Part shown: in pieces, positions 8,516 through 17,052 of the stretch
Numbering within the stretch: the first letter of the stretch is position 1
How the letters are laid out: the number at the start of each line of letters is the position of its first letter
From: Promethearchaeota archaeon
GTDB lineage: Archaea > Asgardarchaeota > Lokiarchaeia > Sigyniarchaeales > SOKP01
Direction: 5' to 3'
Assembly: GCA_004524535.1 (NCBI GenBank)
Contig: SDNY01000059.1
Coordinates: 1-21,333, forward strand
Length of the DNA stretch: 21,333 bases
The notes under the pieces: model-generated
What the model was told of the DNA's origin: nothing
Databases searched by the model: none
The model's input: only the letters and a program-made list of their open reading frames with translations
Position numbers and translations under genes: made by a program

Positions 8516-10180
8516 ATGCAAGTACTAGAATTAAAACCTTTAAAAAATAAAAAACTCAAACTGATAATTGTTGAGAGCGAATTTCCCATTGATTGGTCAT
8601 TAGAAGCATCAGAGAATAATGAAATTCTTGGAAATTTATTTTTCATATCAAAAGAATATCTGAATTTCCTTGAAAATCTTATAAAGAAATATAAGCCTGA
8701 TTTTGCCATAGAAGACAAGGGACTTCGAATAGGAGAAGAGAAAATGAGTGATGATGATATATTTTTAAGATTATTTAGAAGTTCTGGAATTCCATATGAG
8801 TTAGTCGATATTCCAGATTATGCATTAAATTATATCACATCACCCATATACAATAAGAAAGCATTATTAAAAAAATTTTCAGAAGAAATTGAAGAATACA
8901 AAAAAAGAGGTCAAATTCATTATAATGATACTCATTTTCAGCAATTAGCTCAATGGCATCTATATTTAATGGATGATGTGAAAGAACAAGAGGATGAAAT
9001 TAGATATAAAATTCGAGAATCATGGATGATGATGGGGATATTAGAATTAGCCAAGAAACAAAATAAAAAGGAATTGACCGCCTTATTTATTTGTGACAAA
9101 AATCATTTTGATGGGATCATCTTTTTGGCTAAAGAATTAGAAATAGAATATGAGTTAATTAATATTAAAAAGGTTGCTAAAGGATTAGACAAAGCAAGCT
9201 CAGTTAAGGATATATTAGAATCCTCAGTCTTAGAAATTATGCCAATAAAAGTTAAAAAGAAGGAGAAAAAAGAGAAATTATTATATTTTTTTGATACAGA
9301 TGATTATTGTTCTCCATTTGATACTAATATGGGATATGATGCTGGATTTGATGCCGTTGTACCTTATTGCAGAATGACAGCAGATATGGTACCAAAATTA
9401 GTTCAAGATGCGATGTTTTCTAGGAAGGTAGGAGCACCTACAGTGTATTTCGTTGGAGGATCAAACGTAGAAGAAAGTGAAAAGATTGCGGAAGCAGTAT
9501 TAAAATCACTCGTTCCACCATTTGAATCTCCTGTAATTATTGATCCACGCGGGGCTCATACAACAGCATCTGCAATAGTAGCCAAGACAATCGAAGTTGC
9601 AAGGATACATGGTATTCAAGATTTATCTGGTAAAAAAATTGTTTGTTTAGGTGGTACTGGACCGGTTGGACAAATAGCTGCATTAATAGCTGCTAAGCTC
9701 CATGCAAATGTGGTGATAACTTCAAGGAGGGAAGATTTCGTTAAAAAATTAGCAGAAAGCTTAACAGAAAAAGCGGGTTCCGCAGCATCAAAAATAGAAG
9801 GAGTTTTGGCAGATTCTGAGGATGATTTTTATAAAATTGTGAAGGATGCTGATGTAATTTGGTCTGTGGGCAAAGCTGGGATACAAATGTTATCAAAAGA
9901 AGTAATGAATAAGCTTCGACCAAATAAGATTGCTGTAGATATTAATTTGGTCCCCCCTTATGGTATTGAAGGATTAGAACCAAACTTTAATGATAAAGAA
10001 TTCTATCCTGGAATATTTGGTTTAGGGGCTCTTGACATTGGTCGTTTGAAATATAAAATTGAGAGTATTATATTCAATGAGGCAGCTAATACAAAAGGGA
10101 AAAAATTATTCGATTATAACATTGCATTTGAAATTGCTTTTAAGATCTTAATAGGGGAAGAAATCAAAATTTCGATATAA
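8516..10180 (+). CDS. mtdB: Fusion of an N-terminal LELKP/TraB-like domain and an NAD(P)-dependent methylene-H4MPT/H4F dehydrogenase (MtdB/MtdA family)
   Basis: RBS aggaggt; C-terminal ~300 aa contain SPFDTNMGYDAG, VQDAMFSR, DPRGAHTTA, GGTGPVG and DINLVPPYGIEG, characteristic of MtdB-type enzymes. Confidence 0.85.
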   Translation: MQVLELKPLKNKKLKLIIVESEFPIDWSLEASENNEILGNLFFISKEYLNFLENLIKKYKPDFAIEDKGLRIGEEKMSDDDIFLRLFRSSGIPYELVDIPDYALNYITSPIYNKKALLKKFSEEIEEYKKRGQIHYNDTHFQQLAQWHLYLMDDVKEQEDEIRYKIRESWMMMGILELAKKQNKKELTALFICDKNHFDGIIFLAKELEIEYELINIKKVAKGLDKASSVKDILESSVLEIMPIKVKKKEKKEKLLYFFDTDDYCSPFDTNMGYDAGFDAVVPYCRMTADMVPKLVQDAMFSRKVGAPTVYFVGGSNVEESEKIAEAVLKSLVPPFESPVIIDPRGAHTTASAIVAKTIEVARIHGIQDLSGKKIVCLGGTGPVGQIAALIAAKLHANVVITSRREDFVKKLAESLTEKAGSAASKIEGVLADSEDDFYKIVKDADVIWSVGKAGIQMLSKEVMNKLRPNKIAVDINLVPPYGIEGLEPNFNDKEFYPGIFGLGALDIGRLKYKIESIIFNEAANTKGKKLFDYNIAFEIAFKILIGEEIKISI

Positions 10181-10190
10181 AAAATTCACA

Positions 10191-10201
10191 TTTTTTTTTT
10201 T
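10191..10201 (+). terminator. T11 tract between mtd and nfnA, possible terminator or attenuator
   Basis: Oligo-T 10 nt after the mtd stop codon. Confidence 0.35.
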
Positions 10202-10246
10202 GTTTTTAGTATTGTGAAGTACAACTAAATTAAGGTGAGATTAAAC

Positions 10247-11131
10247 ATGCCATACAAAATATTAGAAAAAAGAAAATTAGGACAAAGTGGAATATTGTAT
10301 GAAATGGTGTTAGACACACCATTAATTGCAGAAAAGGTTAATGCGGGAAATTTTATTATCATAAGAATTAATGATACAGGAGAACGAATTCCATTGACTG
10401 TTGCAGATTATGACAGAGAAAAAGGAACCATAACTATCGTTTTTCAAGTAGTAGGAAAAAGTACAAAATTACTTTCAAGTATTGATGTTAATGGGGTCAT
10501 TCTTGATATTGTTGGCCCTTTAGGAAAAAAGATACATATCAAAAAATATGAACATCCTATTGTCATTATAGGAGGTGGCGTTGGCATAGCACCTTGTTAT
10601 CCTCAAGCTAAAGAATTAAAGCAAGCTGGGAATAAAATTTTTATGATAATGGGTGCAAAAAATAAAGATTTTTTATTCTGGAAAGAAAAGACAAGAAGAA
10701 TAGTAGATGAATTAATAATTTGTACTGATGATGGTTCAGAAGGAATTAAGGGTATTGTAACAGATCCTTTAAAACAATTATTAAAAAGAGAGAAAATAAG
10801 TTTGGTTATTGCGATTGGACCTCTTATCATGATGAAGTATGTTTGTCTTATGACGGACGGTTCAAATGAATTACCCAAAGTAGTTACAATGGTATCGCTT
10901 AATACAATTATGGTTGATGGCACAGGAATGTGTGGAGGATGTCGATTTATGACTAAAGATGGAAAAGCCTATTTTGCATGCGTTGATGGACCAGATTTTG
11001 ACGGACATATAATTAATTTCGACAACCTTTTAAATCGAGCAAAAAGGTTTCATAAGAAAGAGGCTGAATCCTTGAATGTTTATAATAAGAAATGTAGGGC
11101 ACTTGAAAAATTTTATGAGGTGACAATCTAA
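10247..11131 (+). CDS. nfnA: NfnA/SudB (ferredoxin-NADP reductase small subunit, FAD + [2Fe-2S])
   Basis: GERIPLTVAD, GPLG, GGGVGIAP, TDDGS, DGTGMCGGCR...CVDGPDFD. ATG at 10247 follows RBS aggtga (the ORF track starts at GTG 10235). Confidence 0.92.
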   Translation: MPYKILEKRKLGQSGILYEMVLDTPLIAEKVNAGNFIIIRINDTGERIPLTVADYDREKGTITIVFQVVGKSTKLLSSIDVNGVILDIVGPLGKKIHIKKYEHPIVIIGGGVGIAPCYPQAKELKQAGNKIFMIMGAKNKDFLFWKEKTRRIVDELIICTDDGSEGIKGIVTDPLKQLLKREKISLVIAIGPLIMMKYVCLMTDGSNELPKVVTMVSLNTIMVDGTGMCGGCRFMTKDGKAYFACVDGPDFDGHIINFDNLLNRAKRFHKKEAESLNVYNKKCRALEKFYEVTI

Positions 11132-11132
11132 G

Positions 11133-13901
11133 ATGGAATTTCAAACACCTTTAGTTAAAGTTTTAATTGAAAATGAAGATAAAATCTTAAGCTCTAAGAA
11201 ATTTTCAAAGCAAGAATTTGAAATTTTTATTAAAGATTTAACTGTAGCAGAGAATCAAAGATACTTAATTTTAGAGAAAATAAGAGAAAAGGGAGATTAT
11301 GATTTAGATGTTTTACAAAAAACTCTAAATGTTTCCAAAAGAGAACTTATCTTAAATATTGAATTTCTAAAAGAACTTGGACTTCTTAAATTTATTAATA
11401 TGGAATCAGCCTTTTATGAAAATCTAGAAAATAAAAATGACATAAAAGGTTTATTTCCAAATATCTCTGAAATACAAGAGAAAAAAATATGTTCGGGATG
11501 TGGTCTATGTGTCTCAGTATGTCCTGTCAATGCAATCAAATTTAAAGATGATATTTTAACCATAGATCTCGATTTATGTATAAATTGTGGATTATGTTAT
11601 GCTTGTTGTCATAGAACTTTTTTTCCTAAAGAATTAGAAATAAATGAAGCTTGTAATGAAATAGATGCAAAATTTCAAGAAGAATTCAATGGGTTTAAAG
11701 AAATTCATACCGCACAGACGAGGGATTCTGAGATTAAAAGAGTTGCTCAAGACGGAGGGATAGTCACATCATTATTAAAAGCAGCTTTTAATGAGAAAGT
11801 GATAAAAAATGCTTTAGTTGTTGGAGAATTTAAAGATGGATTTTCACTAAAACCCTTGCCTCTATTGGTTAAAAATGAGGTTGAATTATTAAGGAGTAGC
11901 GGAACAAAATATAGCAATGCTCATATTTTACAGTTATTACATGAGGCTAGAGGAGTTGAGGATTTAGCAATTGTAGGGACTCCTTGTACTATGCAAGCGC
12001 TCAAAAAAATCTCTTTTTACCCATTAAATAAACCTTATTATAATAACATTAAGTTAAAAATAGGTTTATTTTGTATGGAATCATTTGATTATCAGAAAAT
12101 AATTGAGATTTTGAAAGAAGAATTCAATAAAATTCCAGAAGAAATAAAAAAAATGGATATCAATAACGGACATTTTTTTGTTTATGACAAAAATTACAAA
12201 TCTTACAGTATTCCCATTAAAAATATTAAAAAGTACGGTAGATATGGATGCTTTTTATGTAGCGATTTAACTACCGAACATTGTGATATTTCAGTTGGAT
12301 CAATTGGTTCTAATCCTGGTTGGTCAACTATGATTATAAGAACTGAAATAGGGCAAAATTTATTTCAGAAATCAACCAGTAGAAATTTGATTTTTACAAA
12401 AAAAATCAAAGAAGATGAGAAGAATTTCAGCCTATTAAGTAGAATTGCTTTATCCAAAATTAAACGATACAAAGAAATTCCACGGCAAAAAATGATTGAA
12501 CAAGATCCTAATATAAGAATCCAGAATTTTGAAGAAGTCCCTCAAGGTTTAACGGAAAAGATGGTCATTCTTGAAACTCAAAGGTGTTTACAATGTGGTA
12601 ATCCATTATGCATACAAGGTTGTCCCGTAAATGTTGATATTCCTCAGTTCATTAAATTATTAAGATCGAAAAAATATAAAGAAGCTTCAATGTTTATTAA
12701 ACAATATAATTTATTGCCAGCGATATGTGGAAGAGTGTGCCCTCAAGAAACTCAATGTGAAGGAGTATGTTTATTGGGAAATGTGGATAAACCTGTTGCG
12801 ATTGGTTACTTAGAAAGATTTATAGCAGATTGGGAACGAAAAAGTGAGATGAAAGAATGCCCTGAATGTCAAGCCCCTAAAAACATAAAAGTAGCAATTA
12901 TCGGCTCAGGACCAGCTGGTTTAACGTGTGCTGGAGAATTAACGAGGATCGGATATGATGTAACGGTTTTTGAAGCATTGCATACAGGTGGTGGTGTGTT
13001 AGTTTATGGTATTCCTGAATTTCGTTTACCAAAGATCATAGTTGAAGAGGAAATTGAATCTCTGAAAGACTTAGGAGTCAAAGTTAAATATAATATGATA
13101 ATTGGCAAAATTTTATCTATTGAAGATCTTAAAGAGAAGGGATATAAAGCTATTTTTATTGGCGTTGGAGCAGGATTACCAGTTTTTCTAAATATACCAG
13201 GATTAAGATTAAATGGGGTTACAAGTGCTAATGAATTTCTTACAAGAGCTAATTTAATGAAGGCATATAAATTTCCAGAATATGATACACCAATTAGAGT
13301 TGGAAAAATAGTAACTGTTATAGGAGGAGGAAATGTTGCCATGGATTCAGCTCGAGTTGCTCTAAGATTAGGAGCCAAGAAAGTAATAATTGTATATAGA
13401 AGATCTGAACAAGAAATGCCAGCAAGGAGGGAGGAATATCATCATGGAAAAGAAGAGGGTCTTGAATTCCAATTTTTGACAAATCCAATAGAATTCCTTG
13501 GTGATCAAGATGAGAATGTTAAACAAATGGTGTGCCAAAAAATGGAATTAGGAGACCCTGATGATTCAGGTAGAAGGAGCCCTATTCCAATAAAAGGTTC
13601 AGAATTTATAATTGATACCGATATGATTATTATCGCTATTGGAACTAGAGCTAATCCTATTTGTCCTAAATCTATTCCAAATTTAAATCTTAACAAATGG
13701 GGTTATATTGAAACAAATGATAAATGTCAGACAAATTTAGAAGAAATATTTGCTGGTGGAGATATTGTTACTGGAAGTGCTACTGTAATTTCTGCTATGG
13801 GTGCCGGAAAACGGGCAGCTGAAGGGATTCATGAATATTTAACAAAAAAATATAAGATTTCCGTTGATCATTTAGAGAAAATAGTTGATTTAACGCATTA
13901 A
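11133..13901 (+). CDS. nfnB: Fusion: wHTH + ferredoxin + FrhB-family domain + NfnB/SudA (GltD-like) large subunit
   Basis: N-terminal half: CSGCGLCVSVCP, AQDGGIVTSLL, SGTKYS, VGTPC, IGLFC, DISVGSIGS. From ~12480: RCLQCGNPLCIQGCPV, CGRVCPQETQCE, IGSGPAG, GGGNVAMD, YRRS, AGGDIVTGSATV. Starts 1 nt after the nfnA stop. Confidence 0.9.
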   Translation: MEFQTPLVKVLIENEDKILSSKKFSKQEFEIFIKDLTVAENQRYLILEKIREKGDYDLDVLQKTLNVSKRELILNIEFLKELGLLKFINMESAFYENLENKNDIKGLFPNISEIQEKKICSGCGLCVSVCPVNAIKFKDDILTIDLDLCINCGLCYACCHRTFFPKELEINEACNEIDAKFQEEFNGFKEIHTAQTRDSEIKRVAQDGGIVTSLLKAAFNEKVIKNALVVGEFKDGFSLKPLPLLVKNEVELLRSSGTKYSNAHILQLLHEARGVEDLAIVGTPCTMQALKKISFYPLNKPYYNNIKLKIGLFCMESFDYQKIIEILKEEFNKIPEEIKKMDINNGHFFVYDKNYKSYSIPIKNIKKYGRYGCFLCSDLTTEHCDISVGSIGSNPGWSTMIIRTEIGQNLFQKSTSRNLIFTKKIKEDEKNFSLLSRIALSKIKRYKEIPRQKMIEQDPNIRIQNFEEVPQGLTEKMVILETQRCLQCGNPLCIQGCPVNVDIPQFIKLLRSKKYKEASMFIKQYNLLPAICGRVCPQETQCEGVCLLGNVDKPVAIGYLERFIADWERKSEMKECPECQAPKNIKVAIIGSGPAGLTCAGELTRIGYDVTVFEALHTGGGVLVYGIPEFRLPKIIVEEEIESLKDLGVKVKYNMIIGKILSIEDLKEKGYKAIFIGVGAGLPVFLNIPGLRLNGVTSANEFLTRANLMKAYKFPEYDTPIRVGKIVTVIGGGNVAMDSARVALRLGAKKVIIVYRRSEQEMPARREEYHHGKEEGLEFQFLTNPIEFLGDQDENVKQMVCQKMELGDPDDSGRRSPIPIKGSEFIIDTDMIIIAIGTRANPICPKSIPNLNLNKWGYIETNDKCQTNLEEIFAGGDIVTGSATVISAMGAGKRAAEGIHEYLTKKYKISVDHLEKIVDLTH

Positions 13902-14920
13902 ACTCGCTTATCTAATTCTATTTTTTTACAAATCAATATCTTATTATTTTCTATAATATTAAGTAAATAATCATTAATTCCTGGAATGATAGGTGAGATA
14001 AATAATATTTCCTCTTCAGGAAACCACAACTCAATTTTTTCATTAAAAACTTCTTTTTCAAAAAAATCCTTAACAAAGGTAATTTTTACTCTTAAATCTC
14101 TAATCGATTTGGAAAAGATATTTTTTAGAGTTATTTCCATTTCTTGATTGCCTTGGTTTAATTCAATATTTGATATTTCAAATGGCGCCTTTAATTGAAA
14201 TGTTTCATTATTACTTTTAGTGGAATCAAAAAATCTTATATTCAAAGAGTCTTGTTCTTTTTTATGATTGAAAATGTTAGATATCTTTATACCTTTTAAC
14301 ATTAAATATGAAAGAGCTTTTTGTAATTTAATTGATGTTGCATCATATTGTTCTATGATGGATTCAAAAAACTCTTTACATGCAGAATCTATCATGTTTA
14401 TCATCTTTTTTTTCATTAACTCTCCTTTATTGATGGTTTCAAGAATAGGGGGTGTTTTAATTATTTCAAACCTAAATAATTCAGACTCAATGATATTATA
14501 TAAAGTATTTTGGAAATTCTTTATAACTATATCTGAAATTTTATTAAGAAGTGCTCTACCAAAGATATCAATATCGGTCGGTATTCTTACAATTAATATT
14601 ATTGTTTCGGGAGTTTCTTCCATCAATCCGGCTCTTTTTTTTTTCCTTTTTGATTTCACAAGAAATTTTTGAGCAAAATACATATTTCCTTCATATTCTA
14701 AATCAACTCGATTAAAATCCTCATGATCCTTAATCTCTAAAAACCAGATTGGGTGGATCTTAATTAAACGTAATTTTTCACCATCATTTCTTATAGATTC
14801 ATCTGGATAAAATAAAAGAGGTACCGCTCCTTGCATCTCATCAAAATATAACATATAAATTTCATAAAATACTGAGAAATTCTTCTCTGTCTTCTTTTCT
14901 TCAACAAAAAATTCATTCAT
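13898..14920 (-). CDS. Hypothetical protein with N-terminal uDENN/longin-like (NPRL2-like) domain and C-terminal Ig-like beta domain
   Basis: IYMLYFDEMQGAVPLLFYP matches the hhh-FD-x3-G-x-hhh-YP start of uDENN/longin domains; the last ~95 aa show an alternating beta-strand pattern (MEITLKN...LRVKITF). Confidence 0.6.
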   Translation of the reverse strand: MNEFFVEEKKTEKNFSVFYEIYMLYFDEMQGAVPLLFYPDESIRNDGEKLRLIKIHPIWFLEIKDHEDFNRVDLEYEGNMYFAQKFLVKSKRKKKRAGLMEETPETIILIVRIPTDIDIFGRALLNKISDIVIKNFQNTLYNIIESELFRFEIIKTPPILETINKGELMKKKMINMIDSACKEFFESIIEQYDATSIKLQKALSYLMLKGIKISNIFNHKKEQDSLNIRFFDSTKSNNETFQLKAPFEISNIELNQGNQEMEITLKNIFSKSIRDLRVKITFVKDFFEKEVFNEKIELWFPEEEILFISPIIPGINDYLLNIIENNKILICKKIELDKRV

Positions 14921-14980
14921 TTTAATAAAACTTTTATTTTATTTGTAATTTGATTTTTAATATTGAATTTTAGGATGATT

Positions 14981-16291
14981 TCAATGAGTAGCACATGATA
15001 TACATGGGTCAAAAGCTCTAATTATTAACTGAATTTCTTTCTTTATCGTATCAATATCAGTTTTTTCATATAATTTTTGAGCATAGTTCGTTATCATATG
15101 GTTTATGAGAGGAATATTAATCTCTGTGGCAATAAATAGTTTAATTTGATCGATTGAATTTTCTTTATTGAGATGATAATGATGCAAAAGAATCCCTCTG
15201 GGGGCCTCAACTACCCCTATCCCATCCATATTTTTTATATTTGTTAACGATAAAAGGCTCTCATTTTTATTTACTAAAGGGTCATTCAGAAGTTCCAAGG
15301 CTTTAAATGTCTCAACATACATTTCTAATAAGCGAATAAAATTCGTAAATAATATATTTTTATACCAAGTTTTATCAAAAACGCTTAAAAAATTAGAAAC
15401 TTCTTCTATATCATAACTTTCTACAATATGATTGCGTGCTAAGGGACCTACTAAAATATTATTACCAATAGAAAAATCAATCCCATTTAAATCAATATCT
15501 TTATTAAAATAGTTAGTATAGTTTTTTTCTATAAAGTTTGTAATTTTTTTATTATCTTCCTTAAATCCAAGAATACCAGAATATCTATCAAAGATTCCAT
15601 GATTATGCATTCCTAAAAAGATAGGATTAGGAATCATAAACTCCTCAGGGGGTATTTTTTTAGAGAATAGTTCAATGAATCTTTCTATGACTACCTCCAA
15701 ATTCATTAATACTTTTTGAAAATATTTTCTTGCTAATGTTATATTTTTTTTTGATGGATTGTAAATAACTCCTCCTGGAATTACTGTTATTGGATGAACA
15801 GATCTACCCCCAAATATTTTATCAATTTCATTTCCTATTTTTATTAATTCAAAGAATATTGTTGTTAATTGGGGATAATTTTTTATAATAGCATATGGTG
15901 ATAGTATTTTTTGATGAATATTAAAAATCCTTAATAAATCTGGAAATGCTTGAAAAAAGAAATGGAGGCTATGAGATTTGATTAATTCGCCTGTCATTAA
16001 TAATTTCCGCACTAATATTGATTGTTCAGAAGGTTCAATTCCATAAATATTCTCAATTGTTTTGCAACTAGCGATTGATTGCGAAGCGTGACATAAACCA
16101 CATATTCGTGAAATAATTTTAGGAAGATCACATAATTTTTTATGTTTCAATATGTGTTCAAACCCTCGATAAGCTTCTATTTCAAATGTAGCTTGTGTTA
16201 TCTCTTCATTTTTATTATCAAGATATATTTTCACTTTACCATGACCTTCAACTCTCGTACAAACATCAACGATTTTTAACAAATTCCTCAC
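14981..16291 (-). CDS. mvhA: Group 3 (MvhA-like) [NiFe]-hydrogenase large subunit with atypical, sensor-like motifs
   Basis: TRVEGHG, L1 RICGLC, GGRSVHP, EAPRG, L2 DPCISCATH*. The GTG start overlaps the mvhG TGA stop (GTGA). Confidence 0.88.
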   Translation of the reverse strand: MRNLLKIVDVCTRVEGHGKVKIYLDNKNEEITQATFEIEAYRGFEHILKHKKLCDLPKIISRICGLCHASQSIASCKTIENIYGIEPSEQSILVRKLLMTGELIKSHSLHFFFQAFPDLLRIFNIHQKILSPYAIIKNYPQLTTIFFELIKIGNEIDKIFGGRSVHPITVIPGGVIYNPSKKNITLARKYFQKVLMNLEVVIERFIELFSKKIPPEEFMIPNPIFLGMHNHGIFDRYSGILGFKEDNKKITNFIEKNYTNYFNKDIDLNGIDFSIGNNILVGPLARNHIVESYDIEEVSNFLSVFDKTWYKNILFTNFIRLLEMYVETFKALELLNDPLVNKNESLLSLTNIKNMDGIGVVEAPRGILLHHYHLNKENSIDQIKLFIATEINIPLINHMITNYAQKLYEKTDIDTIKKEIQLIIRAFDPCISCATH

Positions 16292-17052
16292 CTTTTAAAC
16301 GTTGGTTTTGAAAATCGATAAAAAATACCATCATAATTTCTTATCTTTTTTGAAAGATGAATTAAACTGATAAAATTAATTGTATTGGAAAAAAAGCTTT
16401 TTGAAACAGGCCCCATACATCCTTCACAAGGAAGACCTTCTTTAATACATACATGTTCACATCCATCTCGAGTGATAGGTCCCAGACATAAAATTCCTCT
16501 TTTTAAAAAACACTCAGTATCTTCTTCGACAGGTATTATTTCCTCTGGATTGGGATTAATTTGAGTAATTTTTGTTTGAAAATTTTCCTCAGCCTCTCCT
16601 CTTAATGGACATGTTGCACATAAATTCTTTTTTGGAATATCAACATCAATTTCTCTATTCTCAATTAATTTTATTAGACAATTACCTAACAATTTTGAGG
16701 GCGGCGGGCATCCAGGAATGACACCATCTATTTCAATATATTTAGAAACGGGTTCTGCTATCCTTTTTTTCGAAAGACTTAAAATACCTCCGAAGCCCGC
16801 ACAAGTCCCTATGGAATAAACCTTTTTAGTTTGTTTCCTTATTTTTTTAAGTAAATTAACTTGTGAGTCTTCAGAAACACATCCTTCTATAAGTGCGATA
16901 TCACATTCTTCAATTTCTTCTACATCCATTATAAAAGGAAAGTAAATTATTTTTGTCCTTTCAAGGAACTGAGGGAATATATCTAAAGATAATAGGGTAG
17001 AAATACATCCACTACACCCTGTTAATGATGAAATTAATATTTTAGGCTTCAA
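16288..17052 (-). CDS. mvhG: Group 3 [NiFe]-hydrogenase small subunit (MvhG-like)
   Basis: GCSGC, EGCV, GTCAGFGG, PGCPP, CATCP, CFLKRGILCLGPITRDGC...CEGCMGP; TTG start with ggagga RBS overlapping the upstream stop; no Tat signal. Confidence 0.88.
   Translation of the reverse strand: MKPKILISSLTGCSGCISTLLSLDIFPQFLERTKIIYFPFIMDVEEIEECDIALIEGCVSEDSQVNLLKKIRKQTKKVYSIGTCAGFGGILSLSKKRIAEPVSKYIEIDGVIPGCPPPSKLLGNCLIKLIENREIDVDIPKKNLCATCPLRGEAEENFQTKITQINPNPEEIIPVEEDTECFLKRGILCLGPITRDGCEHVCIKEGLPCEGCMGPVSKSFFSNTINFISLIHLSKKIRNYDGIFYRFSKPTFKR

Noticed and set aside
14957-14983. Selenocysteine or readthrough of the mvhA TGA, adding NHPKIQY
   Set aside because: The TGA is not at a Cys-equivalent position, no SECIS was recognised, and TGA is clearly a stop in the mvhG/mvhA GTGA overlap.
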